This document shows, piece by piece, positions 9,529 through 18,742 of a stretch of DNA of 56,445 bases; the first letter of the stretch is position 1, and every line of letters begins with the position of its first letter. Below the pieces are notes generated by a model. It did not search any database. It saw nothing but the letters and a program-made list of their open reading frames with translations, and was not told the origin of the DNA. This DNA comes from a bacterium (GTDB taxonomy: Bacteria; Patescibacteriota; Patescibacteriia; Patescibacteriales; UBA12465). Both the position numbers and the translations under genes were made by a program. The stretch lies in NCBI GenBank assembly GCA_035414245.1, contig DAONYH010000005.1, positions 1-56,445 on the forward strand, in the 5' to 3' direction.

Positions 9529-10047
9529 CTAATCCACAAAAATTTTAAGAATTTATTATTAAATTTTTATAAGAATTTAATATTTAATTTAAGAAATTTT
9601 TAAACTTGAATTAAAAATACTTTTAAATCATTACACATTACAAGATTACACGAGATCATAAAAGTATAAGACAAAATCAAACAAGATTAAATAAGATTTA
9701 TAAAAGTATAAGGCAAAACTAAGTAATTAAGCTTGGTTTTTTTAAATTATAAACTAAATAAGTTTAATATCATGTTTTATAGATAATTAAATCCACAGGG
9801 AAGCATGATAATACACATAAGAAGCATAATAATACACAAATACACACAATATAATACCTACAATTCGTATAAGTAAATTTAATATAATGGATAAATAGTA
9901 AATTTAGTCAGGGAATTGTCGCAGTTATCATTATTACACTCGCATAAGTATCTGATAATACAAATAAACCCTACAAACTTTATAAAAATTTTAACTTCCC
10001 GATATAAAAAATTTAAACGGATTTTATGTCCACAACTGGGGTGTTTT

Positions 10048-10078
10048 AGTCTACAAAATTGTAGACTTTTCTTTTTTT
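10048..10078 (+). terminator. Rho-independent terminator inside the long gene-free region
   Basis: AGTCTACAA-AA-TTGTAGACT perfect stem followed by TTTTCTTTTTTT. Confidence 0.65.
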
Positions 10079-10252
10079 CTTGGCTAATATTAAATAAAAA
10101 AATTAGTTGAAAAGCTGTGCACAACTTGTGTTTAAAATTTCATTTTTCGCTATTATTAGTGATTAGAGATAATTGATGAAAAACGGTATTTTTCGAAGAA
10201 AAAATATTTATTTTTTTAATTTTTAGTTCTCTGTTAACTCTCTGTTCATAAC

Positions 10253-10281
10253 TTGTTAATCAACTTTTTCTAGTGTATAAT
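10253..10281 (+). promoter_or_regulatory. Promoter for trxB
   Basis: TTGTTA (10253-10258), 17-nt spacer, TATAAT (10276-10281). Confidence 0.5.
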
Positions 10282-10361
10282 TTAGATGTAATATACATAT
10301 TTTTTACATACATATCTTTTAATTAATATTTTTTAGCCGCTTTTAGGCGGTCCTTTATTTT

Positions 10362-11282
10362 ATGTACGACACAATTATTATTGGTTCCGGACCAGCCGGA
10401 ATGACAGCTGCTATTTATGCGGTCAGAAGGGAAATGAAGACTCTATTAATTGGCAAAGAAATTGGTGGTCAAATGATCCTAGCTAATGAAATAGAAAACT
10501 ATCCCGGATTTCAAAGTATAAAAAGTTTTGAACTGATTCAAAAAATTAAAGAACAGGCGGTTAATTTTGGAACTGAATTAGTAAATGAAGAAGTGATAAA
10601 AATTGAAAAGCAAAATAATATTTTCACTGTTCATACGAACAAGCAAGCTTATCAAGGCAAGACGGTTATTATTACGATGGGCTTATCACCTCGCCAATTA
10701 GCAGTTCCTGGCGAGAAAGAATTTAATGGTCGGGGTGTTTCATATTGCGCAAATTGTGATGGTCCTTTTTATAAAAATAAAACGGTGGCGGTTATTGGTA
10801 ATGGCAATTCAGCGCTTGATGCGGCTGAAGTAATGTCTAAAATTGCCCAGAAAGTTTTTTTAATTAATCGTGGTCAAGATTTTAAAGCCTTTGATACTTT
10901 AGTAAATGAAGTAAAGAAAAGAGAAAATATAGAAATAGTTTATGACGCCGACACTAAAGAAATTGTTGGTGAAGGTAAAGTTGAAAAACTTATTTACTCC
11001 CATTTATTAACCAATGAAGAAAGAGAAATTAAAACTGATGGTGTGTTTATTGAAATTGGCCGAATAGCCACTACTGATTTAGTGGCTGATTTTGTTGAGC
11101 GCGATGAGCAAAAGCAAATAATCGTTAATGATGTGATGGAGACTAAAACACCCGGTTTATTTGCCGCTGGTGATGTAACTACGGTTCAATATAAACAAAT
11201 TACAATTGCCATGGGACAAGCGACAATTGCTGCTTTAAGCGCTTATCAATATATTCAAATGAATGCAGAATTGTTAAAATGA
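10362..11282 (+). CDS. trxB: Thioredoxin-disulfide reductase
   Basis: FAD motif IIIGSGPAGMTAAIYA, redox-active CANCDG, NADPH motif VAVIGNGNSALDAA, C-terminal GLFAAGDV. Confidence 0.93.
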   Translation: MYDTIIIGSGPAGMTAAIYAVRREMKTLLIGKEIGGQMILANEIENYPGFQSIKSFELIQKIKEQAVNFGTELVNEEVIKIEKQNNIFTVHTNKQAYQGKTVIITMGLSPRQLAVPGEKEFNGRGVSYCANCDGPFYKNKTVAVIGNGNSALDAAEVMSKIAQKVFLINRGQDFKAFDTLVNEVKKRENIEIVYDADTKEIVGEGKVEKLIYSHLLTNEEREIKTDGVFIEIGRIATTDLVADFVERDEQKQIIVNDVMETKTPGLFAAGDVTTVQYKQITIAMGQATIAALSAYQYIQMNAELLK

Positions 11283-11300
11283 ACGCAGAATTGTTATAAT
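11261..11300 (+). repeat. 20-bp x2 tandem duplication spanning the trxB stop codon
   Basis: GAATGCAGAATTGTTAAAAT / GAACGCAGAATTGTTATAAT. The TGA stop (11280-11282) straddles the junction. Confidence 0.9.
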
Positions 11301-11363
11301 GTTAATATAATAAAGAAGTACTAAAAACTACTTTGTTATTTTTAATAATTATTAAAAGTTTCG

Positions 11364-11403
11364 GAGTTATTTAATCTGAGTTATTTAATCTGAATTATTT
11401 AAT
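11364..11403 (+). repeat. 14-bp x3 tandem repeat abutting the start codon at 11404
   Basis: GAGTTATTTAATCT / GAGTTATTTAATCT / GAATTATTTAAT, then ATG. Confidence 0.9.
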
Positions 11404-12690
11404 ATGGCAAAGCAAAAAAAAATAAATTTAGTGGCGGCTGATATGGGCTATGGCCACCAACGAGCTGCCTATCCACTCTTTGATTTAAGCGGCAGGGAAA
11501 TAATCACCGCCAATAATTATCCCGGTATTTTAGAGTGGGAAGTAAATTATTGGCAAAATAGCTTAAACGCTTACGAAAAAATTTCTCGTTTAAAAAAAAT
11601 TCCCATTTTGGGTGCTGGTGTTTTTGCGGTGATGAATTATTTTCAAAAAATTAAACCCTTTTATCCTTTTCGCGATTTGTCTGCCCTTACTTCCCAACAA
11701 TTCTTGCTTTACAAAGTGATAAAAAAAGGATTGGGAAAAAAATTAATTGATGATCTAAGCGCCAATGGCTTACCGTTAGTAACTACTTTTTTTGCGGTTG
11801 TTTACATGGCTGAATATCATAATTTTCAAGGTGATATTTATTGCATAGTTTGTGATGCGGATATTTCGCGTGCTTGGGCGCCAGTTAAACCAGCCAAGAG
11901 TCGCACTAAATATTTTGCGCCTAATCAGAGAGTTAGAAAGCGTTTAATGATGTATGGGGTAAAAGATGAAAATATTATTGTAACCGGCTTCCCTTTGCCG
12001 GCGGAAAATATTGGTGCTAAACAAGAAATTGCTAAAGAAGATTTAGCTCGTCGAATCAATGCCCTTGATCCTAAAGGAGTATATCGACAAACAGAAAAAG
12101 TGCTGGTGAAAAAAGTTCTTCCTGATATATTAGTTGAGGATTTTAAAGTTCAAGCGCCCACTATCACTTTTGCTGTTGGTGGAGCGGGTGCGCAAAAGGA
12201 AATTGGCGCTTTGATTTTAGAAAAATTAGCTTTAAAAATTAGAGAGAAAAAAGTTAATCTTAATTTAGTGGCGGGCAGCCGACCAGAGGTGGCACAATAT
12301 TTTAAAGAAGAAGTAGAAAAGAATGGTTTAAGTAAAGAAGAGGGCGTTAAAATTATTTTTGAAGCTAAAAAAATGGATTACTTTAAAGCTTTTAATTTAG
12401 TTTTAAGAAAGACTGATATTCTTTGGACTAAACCCTCAGAACTTTCTTTTTATAGTGCGCTTGGTTTACCCATTGTTATGTCTACACCGGTTGGTTCTCA
12501 AGAGGATTTTAATCGTGAGTGGTTGATGGAAACAGGTGGTGGACTTGATAGTCGTGATCCTCGCTATGTTAATGAATGGTTGTTTGATTTACTAAACTCA
12601 GGTCGCTTAGCCAGAGCAGCCATGGACGGTTTTTTGAATGCGGAAAAAATGGGTACTTATAATATAACTAAACATTTCAGTAAAAAATAA
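11404..12690 (+). CDS. GT-B fold glycosyltransferase (MGDG-synthase/UgtP/MurG-like)
   Basis: N-terminal ADMGYGHQRAA resembles the G-x-G-H motif of MGDG-synthase-type enzymes. The C-terminal half (...FAVGGAGAQKE..., ...TKPSELSFYSALGLPIVMSTPVGSQEDFNREWL...) looks like a nucleotide-sugar binding domain. Assigned by eye only. Confidence 0.5.
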   Translation: MAKQKKINLVAADMGYGHQRAAYPLFDLSGREIITANNYPGILEWEVNYWQNSLNAYEKISRLKKIPILGAGVFAVMNYFQKIKPFYPFRDLSALTSQQFLLYKVIKKGLGKKLIDDLSANGLPLVTTFFAVVYMAEYHNFQGDIYCIVCDADISRAWAPVKPAKSRTKYFAPNQRVRKRLMMYGVKDENIIVTGFPLPAENIGAKQEIAKEDLARRINALDPKGVYRQTEKVLVKKVLPDILVEDFKVQAPTITFAVGGAGAQKEIGALILEKLALKIREKKVNLNLVAGSRPEVAQYFKEEVEKNGLSKEEGVKIIFEAKKMDYFKAFNLVLRKTDILWTKPSELSFYSALGLPIVMSTPVGSQEDFNREWLMETGGGLDSRDPRYVNEWLFDLLNSGRLARAAMDGFLNAEKMGTYNITKHFSKK

Positions 12691-12701
12691 TTTATTTTTT
12701 T

Positions 12702-13637
12702 ATGAATTGGTTTTTTATTGCTTTAAGCGCTTATCTATTATTGGCAATCGCTAATTTATTGGATAAGTTTTTAGTTGATAATGTTTTAAAAAGTAGCAAA
12801 GCTTATGCCTTTGTGGTTTGTGTTTTGGGTGCATCGGCTATTTTGATAGCGCCTTGGTTTTTGAAGTGGCCGGGATTTTCTTGGCTAATGTTTAATTTAT
12901 TGATTGGCGGTGTGTTTGCCGGAGCGCTTTGGGCTCTATACGAGGCATTGAAAAAAGGCGAAGCCGCGCGAGTGTTAGTTTTTATTGGTGGTTTAACACC
13001 AGTTTTTTCTATTATCTTTACCATTTTGTTTTTCAAGGAAAGTTATAGTTTGAATCAATGGCTAGGTATGGGTGCTTTGTTGATGGGCGTATTATTTATT
13101 GCTCTTTTACCACAACCACGCAGTTTTTTGGCGCGTTTGATGGCGAAGTTAGGTTTAAAACAAAAGGTAAAACAGAGAGGCTTATTGATTGCCTTATTGT
13201 CAGCCTTCTTGTATGCTTTGTATTTTGTGGGAACTAAACACGCTTATAATCATCAACCTTTTCTTAGTGTTTTTATTTGGACCAGACTCGGCGCGGCTTT
13301 ATTAGTGTTAACCTTTTTATTTAAAAAAGCAGAACGAAAAATTATTCTTGGCATGTTTAAAAAATCTAGCCCCACAAAAAAACGAGGATTAGTTGTTTTC
13401 AATCAAGTCTTAGGTTCTTCAGGATTTGTTTTACAAAACTATGCTGTCTTTTTAGGACCAGTAGCAATAGTTAATGCTCTGCAAGGATTTCAATATGCTT
13501 TTATTTTAATTATCAGCGCGATACTCGCTGTTGTCGCACCGAAAAAATGGCACGAAAATTTTTCTTGGCGAATTATTTTACAAAAAAGTATAGCTGTTGT
13601 TTTAGTAGGGATTGGTCTTTATTTTATAGCAATTTAA
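12702..13637 (+). CDS. EamA/DMT-superfamily transporter
   Basis: 311 aa with about ten hydrophobic helices in two similar halves. Confidence 0.6.
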   Translation: MNWFFIALSAYLLLAIANLLDKFLVDNVLKSSKAYAFVVCVLGASAILIAPWFLKWPGFSWLMFNLLIGGVFAGALWALYEALKKGEAARVLVFIGGLTPVFSIIFTILFFKESYSLNQWLGMGALLMGVLFIALLPQPRSFLARLMAKLGLKQKVKQRGLLIALLSAFLYALYFVGTKHAYNHQPFLSVFIWTRLGAALLVLTFLFKKAERKIILGMFKKSSPTKKRGLVVFNQVLGSSGFVLQNYAVFLGPVAIVNALQGFQYAFILIISAILAVVAPKKWHENFSWRIILQKSIAVVLVGIGLYFIAI

Positions 13638-13655
13638 ACATTTTTATAAAGTTTT

Positions 13656-14717
13656 ATGAAAAATTTTTTTAAAAAAATAGCTGATTTTTTTGCCTCTCAT
13701 CATTCTTGGTTGTGTCAAAATAGGCGTTGCTTTTTCTTAGCCTTGTTAGTGATTGTTATTTTATTATTATTTTATTTTATAAAAGTTGCTCGGAATTATC
13801 CTCTTAAAATTGATTTAAAACATGAGCCAAATTTTTTTGGAGTAACTTATTCAACCAAGTTCTGTAAAGAAATGGGCCTTGATTGGCAAGAAGTTTATTT
13901 AGCGATTTTAAATGATTTAAAAGTAAAAGAAATTCGCTTACCGATTTATTGGGATGAAATTGAAAAAGAGTCGGGTGAATTTAATTTTACTAAATACGAT
14001 TATATTATTAATGAAGGAGAAAAAAGAGGTGTTAAATTTATTATTAATATTGGTTGGCGTTTACCGCGTTGGCCAGAATGTCATGCCCCTGAATGGACTA
14101 ATAAAGAAACTCTAGAAATGACTAAAGCCAAGGTGGTTAGAATGATTGATGAAACAGTTAAGCACTATCGGGACAGAGAGTCTATTACGGCTTGGCAATT
14201 AGAAAATGAACCATTTTTTAATGAATTTGGCGTGTGTCCAGAAAGCGATTATTGGTTTTTCACCAAAGAATTAGAAGCGGTAAAACGTTTAGATGATAGA
14301 CCAATTATAATTTCTGCCACTGGTGAATTAAGCATGTGGCGCAAAGAAGCTAAGTTGGCCGATATATTTGGCAGCACAGTTTATCGAGTGGTTTGGGGAC
14401 CAATAACTGGCTATGTGCGTTATCCAATTCCGGCTTGGTTTTATGGATTAAAAGCTGATTTATTACACATACCAAAAGATAAGCGCATCATTGTTGAGTT
14501 ACAAGCTGAACCTTGGGTACCAAAAGGAAGTATTATTCATCTTTCGGAAAAAGAAGCAAACAAGTCTTTTAATCTTGCACAATTTAAAGCTAATTTACAA
14601 TACGGAATTAATGTTGGTTTCGAAAAAGCTTATCTCTGGGGAGTAGAGTGGTGGTATTATCAGTATAAATTTGGTAATCCAGACTATTGGCGTTTAGCTC
14701 GCACCATTTTTAAATAA
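13656..14717 (+). CDS. Membrane-anchored clan GH-A (TIM-barrel, cellulase/GH5-like) glycoside hydrolase
   Basis: N-terminal TM helix. AWQLENEPF contains the N-E-P acid/base motif of clan GH-A, and a later ELQAEPW is a candidate nucleophile region. Confidence 0.5.
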   Translation: MKNFFKKIADFFASHHSWLCQNRRCFFLALLVIVILLLFYFIKVARNYPLKIDLKHEPNFFGVTYSTKFCKEMGLDWQEVYLAILNDLKVKEIRLPIYWDEIEKESGEFNFTKYDYIINEGEKRGVKFIINIGWRLPRWPECHAPEWTNKETLEMTKAKVVRMIDETVKHYRDRESITAWQLENEPFFNEFGVCPESDYWFFTKELEAVKRLDDRPIIISATGELSMWRKEAKLADIFGSTVYRVVWGPITGYVRYPIPAWFYGLKADLLHIPKDKRIIVELQAEPWVPKGSIIHLSEKEANKSFNLAQFKANLQYGINVGFEKAYLWGVEWWYYQYKFGNPDYWRLARTIFK

Positions 14718-14726
14718 ACTTCTTTT

Positions 14727-15437
14727 ATGCTTTCTATTGTAATTCCTACTCTTAATGAAGAGAAGTATTTACCCCGACTCTTAGACTCAATTAAGAATCA
14801 AGATTTTTCTGATTATGAAATTATTGTTTCTGATGCTGAATCAAGTGATAAAACAATTGAGATAGCAAAAAAATACGGAGCTAAAACTTTGGTTTATACG
14901 ACTACTAAACATCCTTCGGCACAACGTAACGAAGGCGCTAAGATTGCTAAAGGTGAATTATTATTATTTTTAGATGCGGACGTTGTTTTAACGCCGGGAT
15001 TTTTAACCAGTGCTTTAAAAGAATTTAAAAATAGACAATTATCAGCCGCTGCTTTTTATATTAAATTTAATCCTAATCGTTGGTACTATAACTTTTATTC
15101 TTTCATCTCTAATACAGTTTGTTTTTTAAAACAAAAATCAAAATTTCCCGCGGCCATTGGAGCCGGTTTGTTAGTTGACCGAAAAGCCCATGAAGCCGTA
15201 AAGGGATTTGATTTAAGCGTAGTTTTATCTGAAGATTGCGATTATTGCGCGCGTCTGTCTCGGAGTAAATATAAATTTCGCATGTTAAAAAGTTGTCGCT
15301 TATTATATTCAGCGCGACGCATTGAGAAAGAAGGATTTATTAAATCAGGTTTAAAATGGTTTTTAATGGGTTTATTTACTATTTCCAATCAGCGGATTAA
15401 AAAAAATATTGTTAGATATGATTTTGGTAAATTTTAA
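14727..15437 (+). CDS. Family 2 glycosyltransferase
   Basis: MLSIVIPTLNEEKYLPRLLDSIKNQDF..., then LLLFLDADV (DxD). Confidence 0.8.
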   Translation: MLSIVIPTLNEEKYLPRLLDSIKNQDFSDYEIIVSDAESSDKTIEIAKKYGAKTLVYTTTKHPSAQRNEGAKIAKGELLLFLDADVVLTPGFLTSALKEFKNRQLSAAAFYIKFNPNRWYYNFYSFISNTVCFLKQKSKFPAAIGAGLLVDRKAHEAVKGFDLSVVLSEDCDYCARLSRSKYKFRMLKSCRLLYSARRIEKEGFIKSGLKWFLMGLFTISNQRIKKNIVRYDFGKF

Positions 15438-15472
15438 AATTTAACAAATCGTGATATTTAAATATCAATATT

Positions 15473-15502
15473 AAAAAAACGAATTTTTATATTCGTTTTT
15501 TT
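15473..15502. terminator. Bidirectional terminator between convergent genes
   Basis: AACGAAT-TTTTAT-ATTCGTT, flanked by A7 and T7 runs. Confidence 0.75.
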
Positions 15503-15535
15503 GTTTAGCTAATTTTTATTTTTGATTTTTATATT

Positions 15536-16123
15536 TTAATCACAAAATTGAGGAACAATAATTTCATCTGGAAAATTATAGCGCGTGCGCAACTCTTCAC
15601 AATCAACACTGCCATGGCCATCATAAACTAAACTCCAAACTCCATTTTCTAAGATACTTAAAAATTTTCCTTGTTCTCCGGTTTCTTCGTTTTGGCTAAA
15701 GGAAACACTGCCTGCAGCATGATTGTCAGTTTGTTTATCAATCATGATATTTACTTCTGAAGGATTTTTGCCATATTTTTTGGCTAACAAATATTTCATT
15801 TCTTCATTTAGCTCAGAATAACAATTTTCTTCCCAAATTCTTAAACATTTATTTTTTGCCTCGCACCAAGTATAGCCGGCTGAACCTTTACAACCAAACT
15901 CATCTTGATCACCACCAATAATTGGTTGATTAAAGTTTGCTGAATCAATATCATCAATAATTAAATACTCCTCCTCTGAGTTTAAATCGCTTGAGCTATC
16001 TAAGTTGCTTTCGTTTAAAGTGTTATTTAGGTCATTTTTGTCCACTGGCGCTAATGGTTTTAGCGAGCAAGCGCTTAAAAACAATAAAGTTGCCAACATG
16101 GTTATAAAGAAGAGTTTTTTCAT
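15536..16123 (-). CDS. Lipoprotein of unknown function
   Basis: The likely start is MKKLFFITMLATLLFLSAC (lipobox LSAC). The longer ORF to 16147 would overlap the hairpin at 16140-16156. It has an acidic Ser/Asn-rich linker followed by a Cys-containing domain. Confidence 0.7.
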   Translation of the reverse strand: MKKLFFITMLATLLFLSACSLKPLAPVDKNDLNNTLNESNLDSSSDLNSEEEYLIIDDIDSANFNQPIIGGDQDEFGCKGSAGYTWCEAKNKCLRIWEENCYSELNEEMKYLLAKKYGKNPSEVNIMIDKQTDNHAAGSVSFSQNEETGEQGKFLSILENGVWSLVYDGHGSVDCEELRTRYNFPDEIIVPQFCD

Positions 16124-16168
16124 ATACTTATCGTTAAAACAGCTCAAAAAGAGCTGTTTTTTATTATG

Positions 16169-16241
16169 AGCGGGTAAGGGGAATCGAACCCCTCTCTTCA
16201 GCTTGGAAGGCTAACATAATAAGCCACTATACGATACCCGC
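16169..16241 (-). tRNA. tRNA-Gly (anticodon UCC)
   Basis: The reverse complement GCGGGUA...UACCCGC-U has anticodon loop CUUCCAA and T-arm AGGGG-UUCGAUU-CCCCU. A CAGCTC/GAGCTG hairpin follows at 16140-16156. Confidence 0.9.
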
Positions 16242-16365
16242 CTGTAAAGCTGCTTTAAATCTTATAAAATAATTTATTATTAGTCAAACGTTGGTTTGGG
16301 TGAATGATTATTAATAGGTGCAAACGATTATTAACAGATAAAAACGCTACACAAACAGAAATTTA

Positions 16366-17547
16366 TTATTTAGTATCTTTTATGCCGGCCACAAAATAAA
16401 AAGCCGGTGTAATTAAGATGGCAAAAACTAAAAATAAATAATTGATTGGTAAAAATAATAAAAACAATGCGCCAAAAGCCGTACCGGTTGCATAACCGAT
16501 TGGGTTGGTCATACGGAAGATATTAATAAAACCAATATCTTTAGAACTAACTTTTTTGAAAAAATAAGTATCACGCATTGATTCAACTAGGGCCGCGCCG
16601 ATACGACTGAAGAAAAGAACAGCCGCCCAAACTAGAGGTGAAGCAACTTTAATTAGAGAAAATAAAATTGAAGAGAGAAAAATAATAAATAGACCGATGA
16701 TTAACATTTCTTTTTCGCCAAAGTATTTGTCCGCTAAAAAACCGGCCGGAATTTCAAATAACACAAAGGGTACTAACATAAAAGAGAAAATCCAACCGAG
16801 TTGCGACCATTCCATGCCTAAATATTGATGTAAATAAATAGGAATATAAATAACTGCGCCACTGAAAAAAAGATTAAGAGCAATTGCCGATATAAAGACA
16901 CCGCGCAAATTTTTATTTTTCCATAATTTTTTCCAACTAGTTAAAATTTTCTCCTTTTTAAATTTACTTTTATCTTTAAGATTTTTTTTATTTCGGGAAA
17001 TTACAGTAAAAAGAGGAATAACTAAAAGCGCGGAAGCGAGGAAGGGCAAAGGGTATTCACCAATGGTTACTAAATAAGCAGAAATTGTGGGAGCGATGAT
17101 CCAACCCAAATTCATAAAAGTTAGAAACAGAGATCGGATGCGGCCGGTTTCATTATCTATTGAAGCTTCTTCCAATATAATATCAATATTAATCCAAAGC
17201 AGGTTAGAGCTAACAATAAATAACAATAAAGTTAAAGTAGCCGAAAAAGGACCATTAGCCGCTGCCATACCTAAAAGAGCGGTCGCATAAACTATCATTA
17301 CTATTTTGCTACTAAAATAGTTACCCAAACGATTTATTAAACGAGGAAAAAGAGCAATCATAACTGCCGTAGTTGAGTTGGCTAAAACAAAAAACAAGCT
17401 CACTAACTCTAAGCTAATAAACTGACTAATAAAATTAGATTGAATAAAGGCTGGTAAAGCAACCGAGATAGCTAAAATAAAGCCCACTAAGTACATGATG
17501 AGGCGTTGTTTTCTATTAGCTTTGTCTTTTAGACGGAACCAGGACAT
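16366..17547 (-). CDS. MFS transporter
   Basis: About 12 TM helices, with an MFS motif-A-like GFLADKYFGEKE between helices. The start may be the internal MYLVGF, because the long ORF overlaps lgt by 32 nt. Confidence 0.75.
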   Translation of the reverse strand: MSWFRLKDKANRKQRLIMYLVGFILAISVALPAFIQSNFISQFISLELVSLFFVLANSTTAVMIALFPRLINRLGNYFSSKIVMIVYATALLGMAAANGPFSATLTLLLFIVSSNLLWINIDIILEEASIDNETGRIRSLFLTFMNLGWIIAPTISAYLVTIGEYPLPFLASALLVIPLFTVISRNKKNLKDKSKFKKEKILTSWKKLWKNKNLRGVFISAIALNLFFSGAVIYIPIYLHQYLGMEWSQLGWIFSFMLVPFVLFEIPAGFLADKYFGEKEMLIIGLFIIFLSSILFSLIKVASPLVWAAVLFFSRIGAALVESMRDTYFFKKVSSKDIGFINIFRMTNPIGYATGTAFGALFLLFLPINYLFLVFAILITPAFYFVAGIKDTK

Positions 17548-18343
17548 GTGATTTAAAAAATAATATTAAAGATATAATAATTATAATTAAAGAAACTATT
17601 TGTGGCCAACGGAGCCCAAGCAGAATAGGAGTTTTATCAATTCGTATAAATTCCAGAAAGAAACGTAAAACCGAATAAGAAATTAAATAAATAAAAACTT
17701 GGTTTTTATAAAAGTTTGGGCAAACAGTTTGTTTCTTTAAAAAACGAATGGTTAAAAATAATAAGTTTAAAAAAATTATTATTAAGCCTAAACTTTCATA
17801 TAAAAAAGTTGGTTGGAAATAAGTATATGATAAATAATCTGCCGGACGATGACTTATATCAATGGGAATTCCCCAAGCTAAATTTGTTGGCCGGCCGAAT
17901 AGTTCTTGGTTAAAATAATTTCCCCAACGACCAATGGCTTGGGCTAAGGGCAAGACTGTGGCTGTTAAAGCGCTTAAAGCCCAAAAGTTTAACTGCTGTT
18001 TTTTGCTAAAAAAATAAAGAACAAATAAACCGGCGATGATCGCGCCATGAATAGCTAAACCACCTTCCCAAATATAAAATATTTTAATCGGATATTTTAA
18101 ATAATAAGGTAGTTCAAGCAGAACATCATAAAGTCGCGCGCCCAAAAGGCCAATAATTATTAACCAAAAAGCTAAATCAAGCACCACTTCTTTTTTTAGT
18201 TGATAATATTTGGCCAGTTTCAAGGCAACCAGTAGAGCTAGAGTAGCGCCCAAAACAATTAATAGGCCATACCATTTTAAAGTTAAAGATCCTAAAGAAA
18301 AAATATTTGGACTAGGAGAAAAGTTATGTAAGAAACTAATCAT
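17516..18343 (-). CDS. lgt: Prolipoprotein diacylglyceryl transferase
   Basis: ...LKWYGLLIVLG..., ...GRWGNYFNQELFGRPT... and ...PTFLYESL... are Lgt signatures. Confidence 0.92.
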   Translation of the reverse strand: MISFLHNFSPSPNIFSLGSLTLKWYGLLIVLGATLALLVALKLAKYYQLKKEVVLDLAFWLIIIGLLGARLYDVLLELPYYLKYPIKIFYIWEGGLAIHGAIIAGLFVLYFFSKKQQLNFWALSALTATVLPLAQAIGRWGNYFNQELFGRPTNLAWGIPIDISHRPADYLSYTYFQPTFLYESLGLIIIFLNLLFLTIRFLKKQTVCPNFYKNQVFIYLISYSVLRFFLEFIRIDKTPILLGLRWPQIVSLIIIIISLILFFKSHVLVPSKRQS

Positions 18344-18523
18344 AGTTTTATCATAGTTAGTATTTTACCAATTTTTAGATAAATAAGCAAAAGATAAAAA
18401 ACATTTTTTGGATTAAGAAATTAAAAAACAAGCCCGATTAAAGTGCTTGTTTTATTTTTATTATATTGTTTTATTGGTTAATTGATTTGTCACCCTTAAT
18501 TGTTTTTATCGCTTTAAATTTAG

Positions 18524-18605
18524 TGCGGACGGAGAGACTCGAACTCTCAAGGGTCACCCCGCTTGGTCCTAAGCCAAGTGCGTCTACCAGTTTCGCCACG
18601 TCCGC
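18524..18605 (-). tRNA. tRNA-Leu (anticodon UAG)
   Basis: The reverse complement GCGGACG...CGUCCGC-A has anticodon loop CUUAGGA and a long variable arm (type II tRNA). No CCA is encoded. Confidence 0.9.
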
Positions 18606-18661
18606 TTTCTTTTTTATCTTAAATGATTATTTATATAAAGTAAAGATTTATTAAATGATTA

Positions 18662-18690
18662 TTCATATAAAGTCAAGATTGTGCTATAAT
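18662..18690 (+). promoter_or_regulatory. Extended -10 promoter for ppsA
   Basis: TGCTATAAT (18682-18690) with a weak -35, TTCATA. Confidence 0.45.
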
Positions 18691-18742
18691 TTAATTATCT
18701 TGTAAAATTAATATTAATTAATAATAAATTAAAATATAAAAT

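Noticed and set aside
9529-10361. Integrated mobile element at the 3' end of tRNA-Ala
   Set aside because: There is no integrase, recombinase or any credible ORF. The only similarity to the tRNA 3' region is a short AATCCACA match at ~9790, which is too weak to call an att-site duplication.
18466-18654. 62-aa ORF at 18466-18654 (+) and 80-aa ORF at 38661-38903 (-)
   Set aside because: They overlap tRNA-Leu(UAG) and tRNA-Leu(GAG)/tRNA-Val respectively. The tRNA cloverleaves explain the sequence.
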